DNA of 52,631 nt, from NCBI GenBank assembly GCA_002840935.1, contig PHDH01000005.1, positions 1 to 52,631 of the forward strand. The letters run 5' to 3'. This document shows, in pieces, positions 18,358 to 27,494 of the stretch. The notes under the pieces are model-generated. The model searched no databases. It was given only the letters and a program-made list of their open reading frames with translations, and had not been told where the DNA came from. How positions within the stretch are numbered: position 1 is the first letter of the stretch; each line of letters opens with the position of its first letter. Source of the stretch: Bacteroidetes bacterium HGW-Bacteroidetes-21. GTDB lineage: Bacteria > Bacteroidota > Bacteroidia > Bacteroidales > GWA2-32-17. A program made the translations under genes and the position numbers.

Positions 18358-20964
18358 ATGAAAAAAACAGTACTTCTTGCATGTCTTTTTCTCTTTATAT
18401 TTTCTCCAATATTAAAATCACAGGAAGAAACTATTCAGGGAATTCAAGTAAAAAAATCTGTTATCAAAGAAGAAATTGAGACAAATCCTTCAATAATAGT
18501 AAAAGACATTAGATCTGAAGACCTTACTCCAACTCGCATAAAAACTGATGAAATTATAATTCAAGAGAATTCCTCCCGCGAAAAATCAACATCTATCCCC
18601 GACTCATCAATTACTATAAATGAAAAGATTATAACAAATCATTTGAAAGGCATCCCATTGTCCTATAGTAATATTAAGTCGGGAGAGGAAGAAAATGGAA
18701 CAAAAGCTGCACCAGCCAACGACGCTATTTGCAGTGCAACGACTATTGCCGTAAACGGAACCTGTTTGGACAACCAAACGAATATTGATGCTACATCAGA
18801 TTATTATGGGGGTTGCGTGCTTAGTGGTAGTCCTTCCGTTTTTTACAAGTTTACGATTACCGCTCCAAATAACATGATTACAATTTCTTTGAATGACTTT
18901 AGTAGTTTAGGTCGTCAATTGTATTTATATTTGATGAATGGCCTTTGTACTAGTCCCAATGCCATAAATGCCGAATGTACTACAACAACAGCAACTCCTT
19001 TATCCTTTAGTTTTTATAATTTAAGTCCCGGCACTTATTATCTCATGGTTGCAACACAACCAGGCGTCGGAAATATGCTTAGTAGATTCGACATTTGTGC
19101 TACGCAAGCCATTGCCCCTCCTCTTATTACCGGACCTGAGCAAGACTGTTTTGGAGCTATTGCCGTATGCGACCACACTTATATTCAGAATGTTTCATAT
19201 ACGGGTTTTTGGGATACTCAGGAAATTACCACTGGATTTACTTGCCTTTATGGAGGCGAAAATAATTCGGTTTGGTATGTTTTCACTCCTCAAACGAGCG
19301 GCAATCTGGCTTTCATGATTCAAACAACGAAGGATTATGATTGGGCTTTATATAATCTTACTGCCATAGGGGGATGTGCCAATGTTCCCGGCGCTACACC
19401 CGTATTATGTAATTATTCCGGCACATTAGGTAACACAGGAACAACCCTACCCGTAAATGCAACAATACCTAGAAGTGTTAATGATTTAGGTCTACCTACC
19501 ATGGCTGGTATACCTGTAGTAGCTGGGACTACATACGCATTAATCATTGACAATTATACCGCCGATATTAATGGTTATACCTTAAGTTTTGATATTTCAG
19601 CTGGTTCTGCCTCAATTGCAGATAATCCACCTGCCACCGGAGCTTATCCCTCTATGTCATCTGCCAGTGCTTCGTGCACTGCCAATACTATAACAATTAA
19701 CATGAGCGAAGGCGTTGAATGTCTGTCTATTAATCCAAACAATTTCACATTGACAAATACTTCCACAGGAGTAAATTTCACTTCTGCAATAACTCAAATT
19801 ACTGGTGTAAACTGCTCTTCAGGAGGACTTACGACGCAGCTTTTAATAACACACAACGGCACATTAACCACTGGAGTTTATCAGATTTCTGTAAATGCAG
19901 GAGCCACATTAACAGACAAATGCGGAAATCTAATACAACCCGGAGGGACCGTTTCATTTAGCTATCTGGCAGCTTTAACGCTAACTTCAAGCGCCAACAA
20001 TATTTGTGGTGGTGAAACTATTTCTCTCGATGCAAATGGTGCAGACGGCACACCTTCCGTAACCACTTACAATCTAAATCCTGGGGGTCTCACCAACACA
20101 ACCAATGGGGTTTTCGCTGGTTTAAGCCCTACAGTAACTACAACATACACTGTTTCTGCCACTTTTGGCGGTTGTACAAGAACTGCCAACGTAACAGTCA
20201 ATGTAGAAGGAAATATTGTAACTTCCATTAACCCGACAAATCAAACTGTTTGTTCTTTCCCTACTTCCTTATCTGCTAGCACAAACATTAATGGAACAGC
20301 CTGTGTGGGATGCACATATCTATGGTCTACCGGCCAGACAACACCTAGTATTAGTGTCACAACAGCCGGAACATATTACGTCACAGCCACAACAGTAAAT
20401 GGATGCCACAATTTCAATAGCCCTTCCAGCATAATTTCAGTGGCTGGTACAGGCACGGGTGGAGGCACATGCGACGTAATTTACGTTTCTCCTGCTGGCG
20501 GTGGAACTGGTTATACTAAACTATCACCCACAACTCTTGCCAATGCAGTAATTAATGCAAGATGTACTAATACTATTATCAAAATGCAGAAGGGAACATA
20601 CACTTTGACTAATTGTCAGGCCGTTCCTAGCTATATAACTATTGAAGGTGGTTTCGATGCTCTTTACGAGACAAAATCAAGCAATTTAACTGGCGGGGCT
20701 AATTCAACAACAATACGAAGAACAAACTCTAAAGATGTTATTGGTGGAATAACGTTTAATACTTGTACTGCACTGCTTGTTGAAGATGGAGCCAAACAAT
20801 TTCGCATTCAGGATATACGTATAGAACTTCCGGGCTCTGCTTTTGTAACAGGTCATGCAGCAGGAGCAGGAGTAATTAATTATGGAATTAAACTAGGCAC
20901 AACATGTAGCGACTATAATATTGTAAGATGCTACATTGATGCAGGCGTAGGGGCCGCACCATAA
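18358..20964 (+). CDS. Large secreted surface-type protein (868 aa) lacking a T9SS sorting domain
   Basis: Signal peptide MKKTVLLACLFLFIFSPILKSQ. It has two Cys-containing domains (ANDAICSATTIAVNGTC... and EQDCFGAIAVCDHTY...ENNSVWYVFTPQTSGNLAFMI..DYDWALYNL) of a type usually found at the N-termini of T9SS cargo. Ig-like regions follow, then the start of a beta-helix (CDVIYVSPAGGGTGYT...). It ends ..RCYIDAGVGAAP* with no CTD motif. Confidence 0.8.
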   Translation: MKKTVLLACLFLFIFSPILKSQEETIQGIQVKKSVIKEEIETNPSIIVKDIRSEDLTPTRIKTDEIIIQENSSREKSTSIPDSSITINEKIITNHLKGIPLSYSNIKSGEEENGTKAAPANDAICSATTIAVNGTCLDNQTNIDATSDYYGGCVLSGSPSVFYKFTITAPNNMITISLNDFSSLGRQLYLYLMNGLCTSPNAINAECTTTTATPLSFSFYNLSPGTYYLMVATQPGVGNMLSRFDICATQAIAPPLITGPEQDCFGAIAVCDHTYIQNVSYTGFWDTQEITTGFTCLYGGENNSVWYVFTPQTSGNLAFMIQTTKDYDWALYNLTAIGGCANVPGATPVLCNYSGTLGNTGTTLPVNATIPRSVNDLGLPTMAGIPVVAGTTYALIIDNYTADINGYTLSFDISAGSASIADNPPATGAYPSMSSASASCTANTITINMSEGVECLSINPNNFTLTNTSTGVNFTSAITQITGVNCSSGGLTTQLLITHNGTLTTGVYQISVNAGATLTDKCGNLIQPGGTVSFSYLAALTLTSSANNICGGETISLDANGADGTPSVTTYNLNPGGLTNTTNGVFAGLSPTVTTTYTVSATFGGCTRTANVTVNVEGNIVTSINPTNQTVCSFPTSLSASTNINGTACVGCTYLWSTGQTTPSISVTTAGTYYVTATTVNGCHNFNSPSSIISVAGTGTGGGTCDVIYVSPAGGGTGYTKLSPTTLANAVINARCTNTIIKMQKGTYTLTNCQAVPSYITIEGGFDALYETKSSNLTGGANSTTIRRTNSKDVIGGITFNTCTALLVEDGAKQFRIQDIRIELPGSAFVTGHAAGAGVINYGIKLGTTCSDYNIVRCYIDAGVGAAP

Positions 20965-21011
20965 TTCATTAAAAAAACTACGATAGCTTACAACTTTAAA
21001 ATATTACGTTG

Positions 21012-24000
21012 ATGAAACAAATACTAAATATTAGGAAACGGGCAATAGAAACAATCATTTTGTTTTTATTATTACTAGCCTTTTCAAATAATTATCATGC
21101 TCAAACAGTTGTTAATTATCCTGCCAATGGAACTTTCACTGTACCTGCTGGTGTTTCTCAAGTTATGGTTGAATGTTGGGGAGGCGGAGGCGCTGGAGGC
21201 GCAGGTGGAGTAAGTAATGCACAAGGTGGTGGCGGAGGCGCTGGCGGCCAGTATGTTAAATCGATTATTTCAGTTGTTTCTGGAGCAACCTATAATGTCA
21301 CAGTTGGAGCTGGAGTAAGTACAGCAAGTGCAAATGGTAATGATTCCTGGTTTTTAAGCAATACAACTATAATTGCAAAAGGTGGACAAGGTGGTGCATC
21401 CTATGCATCAGGCGCAGCGGGTGGCTTAGGCTCAACTACTAACGGAATTGGAGATGTAATTTACAGTGGCGGTAATGGCGCCAACGGTGGAGCGGGATTA
21501 AGTGGTGGCGGTGGCGGTGGCGCAGGAAGTACAGGAAATGGAGGAAATGCTTCGGGTACAACTGCAGGAACCGGAACTACAGTAAATGGAGGAAATGGAG
21601 GGGCTGGAAATACTTCAAATGGCGCGGCAGGTGGTGCCGGAAATACTTATGGTGGCGCTGGTGGTGGTGCAACCAAATCAAGTACTCCAGGCTCTGGTGC
21701 TCAAGGATATGTTAGAATCAGTTATTGTTCTGATGCCACATTACCTGCAATACCTGCAAATCCAACCGTTTCACTTTCAGGATGCACTGTTACTATTACA
21801 GCTACTGGCACGCCCCCTGCAGGTGTTACTTGGTTTTGGCAGGGAACAAGTTGTGGATCATCAACCACTTTAGGTTCAGGATCAACTTATAACCCTACAA
21901 GTTCTGGTATGCAGTACATAAGAGCCAGAGACAACACAACAGGTTGCTGGTCTTTAGGATGTGGAAGTGTATCGACAATAATACAGCAGCCAGTAATTAT
22001 TACAAACCCAATTAGTAGAAGTGGTTGCATTGGGTCTTCTGTTTCGTTTTCAGTTACAGCAACAGGAGCTGGCTTAACTTATCAATGGCGTAAAGGGGGA
22101 GTAAATATTGGAGGTGCAACATCTGACACTTATACCATTCCTAGTATTATTGCAGGAGATGCCGGCAATTACGATTGTATTATAACCGGGACATGCGGAA
22201 CTGCAACATCTACAGCAGCAACGCTAACAATAATAACTACCGGATTAACCGGAACAAAGACCGTCGGAAGTGGTGGCGATTATACAACGCTAAAACTAGC
22301 ATTTGATGCCATTAATACCAATGGACTATCAGGAAATCTACGACTAGAAATTATCTCAGACATAACGGAAACAGCAGAAGCCAGATTGAATCAGTGGACT
22401 GACTGCAGTGGCGCAACAGGCTATACCGTAACAATTTATCCTACAGGCGCATTAGGAACCACAAGGACCATTTCCGGCAATATTGCGACTTCACTTGTTA
22501 CGTTTAATGGTGCCGACAATGTTACAATAGACGGAAGACTTGGAATGACGGGAGCTGCAAATAGCTTGGTTTTCACAAATTCAAATGCTACAACCGGATC
22601 TACAATAAAATTTATTAACGATGCAACAAAAAATGTCATTAAATATACAAGCATACAGGGTGCTTCTGCCAGTTATACAACTGGAATAGTATTCTTTAGC
22701 ACAGCTTCAACGTTAGGGAATATAAATAACAGCATTGAATCTTCAAGCATTTACGGAACCGCATATACTGGCTTGTATTCAGAAGGAACTGTAGGAATGG
22801 AAAACAAAGACAACGCCATATTTTCTTGCAATTTTTATAACGTCAACACTACTTTAGGTTGCTATATTTCTGGAATTGATCTAGAAGGAGGAAATACTAG
22901 ATGGACAATTAATACAAACAGTTTTTATGTTACTTCAACAACTTCGGATATTAATTATTGGCCATTATTGATTAATAGCCCAAATGGAAATGAATATAAA
23001 GTAACCAATAATTATATAGGAGGGCAATCTCCAAATGCTGGAGGATCAAGTTTAACAATTTCTAATACAGGATATATTCTTACTTTGTATGGTATTAATG
23101 TTACTGTCAGCAATTCTGGTGTTTCTGAAATTACTAATAATTATATTAAAAATATTAATTTTACAACTTACCCATCCTCAACAGGAACAGTACGATTTCT
23201 AGCAATTTCTTCAACAGGAAGAATTAACGTTAACAATAATATTATTGGCGATGAGTTAACCGGCTCAATTGTAATTACTATCAATGCCAACTCAACTTAT
23301 AGTGGGGGGGTTACAGGTATAATTAAAAATGGTGACGGGACCGTTAATAACAATAAAATTGGTTCATTTTCAATTAATGGAACGATATCAGCTCAATTAC
23401 TATTTAATGCAATACAAATTACAGGGTCACTCATAAATGATGTTACTATTTCAGGAAATATTATTGGAAATGCCAATACGGCGAATAGCATTCAATCAGC
23501 AGCAGGCGCAACTCCTGGTATAACATTTGGAGGTATTTTTTTCGGAACAGCTGGAAGCTATCATACTACTGTTTCAAACAATATAATTGCTAACGTTAAT
23601 ATTGGTTGTACATCAACTCGTCCCTTCTTTATTGGGTTAAACAATCAGGGTACAGGAGGTTCTCAAACAATAATTGGCAATTCCATTTACAATATTACAA
23701 CAGCATCTTCTAGTGCTGGTTATTTTTCTACTCCTACAGACTTTCCTGCTATTTGTGGAATCAGGACAAACAATACTACTGCAGGTTCAAATCTGAATAT
23801 TTCATCCAATGTTTTACATTCTTTGCATGCAACTAACGCAACAGCTGATGTAACAATATTTGGAATTCATGCTGGCACTGCAACTAGCGGCACTCACATC
23901 ATTAATGGAAACTATATTCATAGTTTAACAACTATTAATCCTTCACTTAATGTTTGGCAGGAGGGAATTGTTTTGACTGCCGGTACAGCAACAATATCTA

Positions 24001-27000
24001 ATAACATGATTAGATTAAGTGGTAATTCTGTTAATACTGACAATTATTATGTTGGAATATATAATGGCTCTACTTCAACAAACTCTATTCTTTTTAACTC
24101 CGTATATATTGGAGGTACTGCAACAGGATCCCAAAATACATTTTCTTTTGCAAGAGGAAGTACTGGTACAACAAATATAAGAAATAATATTTTTGTAAAT
24201 GCCAGATCAGGCGGAACAGGATCACATTATGCATATTATCTGGCTGGCGTAACAAACTTAACTAGCAATTATAATATCTATTCTAATGGCGGTGCTGGTG
24301 TTTTAGCATATGTAAATGCTGTCGTAAGGACAACGTTAGGGACTATTCAAACGGGTACTGGTCAGGATGGAAGTTCAATAGTTGCAGATCCATTATTCGT
24401 CAATCCCACGGGCAATTCAACAACAGTTGATTTAGATATTCAGGCCACAAGTCCGGCTATTGGAAAAGGAATTGCCGGAACAGGAATACTTACTGATTTT
24501 GATAGCCAGGTAAGATCAACGGGAGTTTCGCCAAACGGACCCTGCATTGGAGCCGATGAACGAATTGCGGCTCCTTATGGAACAAATACTTATGGCATAT
24601 ATTCTCCAGATGGGATTGCTGGAACTATTACAGATTGTGAAATTGTTGCTTTGGGAGGTCCTCCAGGAGGAATTGGATATCTTGTTGCAAAACCTACAGA
24701 TGCCAATTGGGCAAATGTTGGAATCAGCAGTTACCAGGTAATTACTGCAAAAAACTATTCTTGTACAGGAGTTGATTTAACATTTACTACTACAGACGGC
24801 ACTCCGGATTGGTTATTCGGGAACGGATCCAACCCGACTTCGGGAACAGCTACTCCAATTATTACACAGTATTCGTCAACAGGTCGTAAAGACATACTTG
24901 AAAGCATTAAAATCTTTAAAGACTTTGTCAACATTACTATGCCGGCTCCAAGCCCAGGAACAATATTAGGTGCGCCTAGTGGAGCAGGTTGTCCTACAAC
25001 GTACACATATACAAGCTCAGTTGCTGGAAGCTCAGGCTTTACATATACATGGCAATGTATCGCCCCAGGAGGTTGTTCTGCTACAGTAGCAAGTCCATAT
25101 ACCTCTTCAACAGACATTACTTTTGTCAATCAAACAGGTATAAATCAAGTTTTTGTTGTAACCCTAGACATAGTAACTGAATGTTGTGGTCCCTTAAGAC
25201 AAGTAACACGTTATATAACGATATATCCCGGACCAACTCAACCTACAGTAACAGGAAGTCCTTTCTCGATTTGCACTGGAGGCGCCCTAACATTGGCTGT
25301 TAACATCCCAAATCCCGCTTATTCTTATGAATGGTTTGATGCATTAACTGGAGGAACAATGCTTGGAACAGGTACTACATATGACATTGTATCTGCACCT
25401 AGCGGAACCAACAATTATTATGTACAATCAACCAACAGTTATAGTTGTTCCAGCCAACGCACACAAGTTGTAGTAGTAGGAACCAACGCGACAGCACCCG
25501 TTGTGCCAAATCAAACTACCTGCGGTGTAAATGACGTTACTTTATATATCACAGGCCCACAACCCGGTTATACTTACAACTGGTACTTGACATCTTGCGG
25601 GGGAACTTTGTTGCAATCAAGTACAAGTAGTAATTTCACTTACAATATTACTGCTACAACAAATTTTTATGTATCAGCTGTTCCTCCGGGATGTTCTGCA
25701 AGCGCATGTGCTACTGCAACTGTGACGTATATGCTTGTAAATCCTATTACCTGGCTTGGTGCCGTAGGAGGAGCAAACAATTGGTTTAATACCTTGAACT
25801 GGACCAGTGGCTGTTTACCTACATGTGCATCCGATGTTATTATTCCAAATTTGGCTATTGACCCAGACATCGGCTTTGATGCAACACACATTGCAGAAGC
25901 TAAGGACATCAATTTACAAGCAGGAGCCGTACTTTCGTTCTCCGATTCCAAAGCAAAACTGATGATTTGTGGGAACTTTACACATGCAGGAATTCTCACT
26001 ACCAATAATTTAGGCAGAGTTGACTTTACTGGCACAACAGCTCAAACCTATGCAAGAACCGGGACGGGTGCATTCAACAATGTAAATATCAACAATACAG
26101 CAGCTAGCCCCTCGGTTACCATTACAAGTGGAAATATGGACATTGGAACCGTTGGCAATCTTACTTTCCAGAATGGATTGGTTATTGCTTCTGGTACAAA
26201 TTACTTAATAATTAACAATCCAAGTACAACGTCCATCAGCGGATATGGAAGTGATAGATATGTTTCAGGAAACTTGCGCCGGTATATTACTGCAGGGACA
26301 TATACATATCCTTTCCCAATTGGTAATGCAAGCCGATATACAATAGCAGAACTCATTAATACGGGTCTGACTGGAGTAAGTTATATAGATGCAAAATTTC
26401 TAAGTGCTTTTTCAAACGGAGGTGCTATCGACCCGGCTATTGCTATTGATGAAGGAACGCCTTATTCTGCTATTGCAACAGAGGGCATATGGCAACTTGA
26501 CGCAAATGCAGCTGTTACTGGCGGAAGCTACTCTATAAAACTATGGTTTGATGATGGTGGTGGCGGAAGTCCCTTCTCTGGCTTACTAGACAATCATTTT
26601 GGGCCTTTAAAAAGACCTTCAGCTTCTATACTCGCCAGCGATTGGACATCCTTAGGAGGAACACTAAATACAATAGGAACACCAGGCAGAATTGTTTCAG
26701 GCGGATTTGCTCAAAGAACAGGCTGGAGTTCATTTTCACAATATGCTATAGGGGTAACTGTACTCCCCTTGCCCATCGAATTACTTACTTTTGGAGCTAA
26801 TTACAACGGAAAATCAGTAGATCTTGCCTGGATAACACAGTCTGAAATAAACAACGACTATTTTATTGTAGAAAAATCAATCAATGCTATTGACTTTTAT
26901 GGAATAGGTAAAGTCCTTTCTCAAGCAGATGGAGGAAATAGTCAAAGACATCTGAGTTACACCTTTAATGATGACGATGTAAATCCCGGTACCTATTATT

Positions 27001-27323
27001 ACAGACTCAAACAAATTGATATTGACGGCGAATTTATGTATTCCGAAACGGCTTCTGTAATTATTGGAGAAAACGGAGTCTTTACAATTCAACCCAATCC
27101 GGCAAAAGATCAGGTAGAAATTACCTATTATTGTTTTAATGCGGATAATCCTACCCTGAAAATGTACGATGATAAATCAAGGCTTATTATTGAAAAAGAA
27201 CTTAGCTGTATTAAAGGACAAAATAAAGCTATTATTGATATTGGTAATTTCTCACAAGGGGTTTACCTAATCACATTATCCGGTAAAAGTGGTATTGAGA
27301 GAGCAAAACTGATTAAGCAATAA
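21012..27323 (+). CDS. Giant surface protein (about 2100 aa): glycine-rich domain, Ig domain, parallel beta-helix repeats, T9SS type-A sorting domain
   Basis: Signal peptide MKQILNIRKRAIETIILFLLLLAFSNNYHAQ from ATG 21012; the track start 21009 is a TTG. Glycine-rich domain: TFTVPAGVSQVMVECWGGGGAGGAGG...GGGGGAGG. Ig I-set-like module: LTYQWRKGGVNIGGATSDTYTIPSIIAGDAGNYDC. At least 10 beta-helix-type repeats: NNYI.N, NNNIIG, SNNIIANV, NGNYIHSL, RNNIFVNA. Fn3-like module: YYRLKQIDIDGE. C-terminus: NPAKDQVEITYY...GVYLITLSGKSGIERAKLIKQ. Confidence 0.9.
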   Translation: MKQILNIRKRAIETIILFLLLLAFSNNYHAQTVVNYPANGTFTVPAGVSQVMVECWGGGGAGGAGGVSNAQGGGGGAGGQYVKSIISVVSGATYNVTVGAGVSTASANGNDSWFLSNTTIIAKGGQGGASYASGAAGGLGSTTNGIGDVIYSGGNGANGGAGLSGGGGGGAGSTGNGGNASGTTAGTGTTVNGGNGGAGNTSNGAAGGAGNTYGGAGGGATKSSTPGSGAQGYVRISYCSDATLPAIPANPTVSLSGCTVTITATGTPPAGVTWFWQGTSCGSSTTLGSGSTYNPTSSGMQYIRARDNTTGCWSLGCGSVSTIIQQPVIITNPISRSGCIGSSVSFSVTATGAGLTYQWRKGGVNIGGATSDTYTIPSIIAGDAGNYDCIITGTCGTATSTAATLTIITTGLTGTKTVGSGGDYTTLKLAFDAINTNGLSGNLRLEIISDITETAEARLNQWTDCSGATGYTVTIYPTGALGTTRTISGNIATSLVTFNGADNVTIDGRLGMTGAANSLVFTNSNATTGSTIKFINDATKNVIKYTSIQGASASYTTGIVFFSTASTLGNINNSIESSSIYGTAYTGLYSEGTVGMENKDNAIFSCNFYNVNTTLGCYISGIDLEGGNTRWTINTNSFYVTSTTSDINYWPLLINSPNGNEYKVTNNYIGGQSPNAGGSSLTISNTGYILTLYGINVTVSNSGVSEITNNYIKNINFTTYPSSTGTVRFLAISSTGRINVNNNIIGDELTGSIVITINANSTYSGGVTGIIKNGDGTVNNNKIGSFSINGTISAQLLFNAIQITGSLINDVTISGNIIGNANTANSIQSAAGATPGITFGGIFFGTAGSYHTTVSNNIIANVNIGCTSTRPFFIGLNNQGTGGSQTIIGNSIYNITTASSSAGYFSTPTDFPAICGIRTNNTTAGSNLNISSNVLHSLHATNATADVTIFGIHAGTATSGTHIINGNYIHSLTTINPSLNVWQEGIVLTAGTATISNNMIRLSGNSVNTDNYYVGIYNGSTSTNSILFNSVYIGGTATGSQNTFSFARGSTGTTNIRNNIFVNARSGGTGSHYAYYLAGVTNLTSNYNIYSNGGAGVLAYVNAVVRTTLGTIQTGTGQDGSSIVADPLFVNPTGNSTTVDLDIQATSPAIGKGIAGTGILTDFDSQVRSTGVSPNGPCIGADERIAAPYGTNTYGIYSPDGIAGTITDCEIVALGGPPGGIGYLVAKPTDANWANVGISSYQVITAKNYSCTGVDLTFTTTDGTPDWLFGNGSNPTSGTATPIITQYSSTGRKDILESIKIFKDFVNITMPAPSPGTILGAPSGAGCPTTYTYTSSVAGSSGFTYTWQCIAPGGCSATVASPYTSSTDITFVNQTGINQVFVVTLDIVTECCGPLRQVTRYITIYPGPTQPTVTGSPFSICTGGALTLAVNIPNPAYSYEWFDALTGGTMLGTGTTYDIVSAPSGTNNYYVQSTNSYSCSSQRTQVVVVGTNATAPVVPNQTTCGVNDVTLYITGPQPGYTYNWYLTSCGGTLLQSSTSSNFTYNITATTNFYVSAVPPGCSASACATATVTYMLVNPITWLGAVGGANNWFNTLNWTSGCLPTCASDVIIPNLAIDPDIGFDATHIAEAKDINLQAGAVLSFSDSKAKLMICGNFTHAGILTTNNLGRVDFTGTTAQTYARTGTGAFNNVNINNTAASPSVTITSGNMDIGTVGNLTFQNGLVIASGTNYLIINNPSTTSISGYGSDRYVSGNLRRYITAGTYTYPFPIGNASRYTIAELINTGLTGVSYIDAKFLSAFSNGGAIDPAIAIDEGTPYSAIATEGIWQLDANAAVTGGSYSIKLWFDDGGGGSPFSGLLDNHFGPLKRPSASILASDWTSLGGTLNTIGTPGRIVSGGFAQRTGWSSFSQYAIGVTVLPLPIELLTFGANYNGKSVDLAWITQSEINNDYFIVEKSINAIDFYGIGKVLSQADGGNSQRHLSYTFNDDDVNPGTYYYRLKQIDIDGEFMYSETASVIIGENGVFTIQPNPAKDQVEITYYCFNADNPTLKMYDDKSRLIIEKELSCIKGQNKAIIDIGNFSQGVYLITLSGKSGIERAKLIKQ
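21171..21725 (+). repeat. Low-complexity glycine-rich coding segment (GGxGG, NGGNG runs)
   Basis: Runs of GGC/GGT/GGA codons. The protein reads ECWGGGGAGGAGG...GGNGANGGAGLSGGGGGGAGSTGNGGNASG...NGGNGGAGNTSNGAAGGAGNTYGGAGGGA. Confidence 0.85.
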
Positions 27324-27345
27324 TTTATCTTACAATTTTTTATAA

Positions 27346-27376
27346 AAAACGCCTTGTAAAAACGAGGCGTTTTTTA
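27346..27376 (+). terminator. Rho-independent terminator after the 2104-aa gene
   Basis: AAAACGCCT (27346-27354), 10-nt loop, AGGCGTTTT (27365-27373) form a perfect 9-bp stem running into a T-tract. It lies 23 nt after stop 27323. Confidence 0.8.
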
Positions 27377-27494
27377 TTCTCTATCAATAGAAACAAAATG
27401 ATGTAAATACGAAACTGTGAATTCATCAAATGCCTATTGCAGCTATTGGCTATCCAATTAATTGTAATTATCTTTATCCCCAAACAACTTTGAT

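Noticed and set aside
18358-27323. The 868-aa and 2104-aa ORFs as two halves of one frameshifted pseudogene
   Set aside because: The second ORF has its own ATG and a canonical signal peptide (MKQILNIRKRAIETIILFLLLLAFSNNYHAQ). It starts with a complete N-terminal glycine-rich domain. The 47-nt gap contains stops in the relevant frames.
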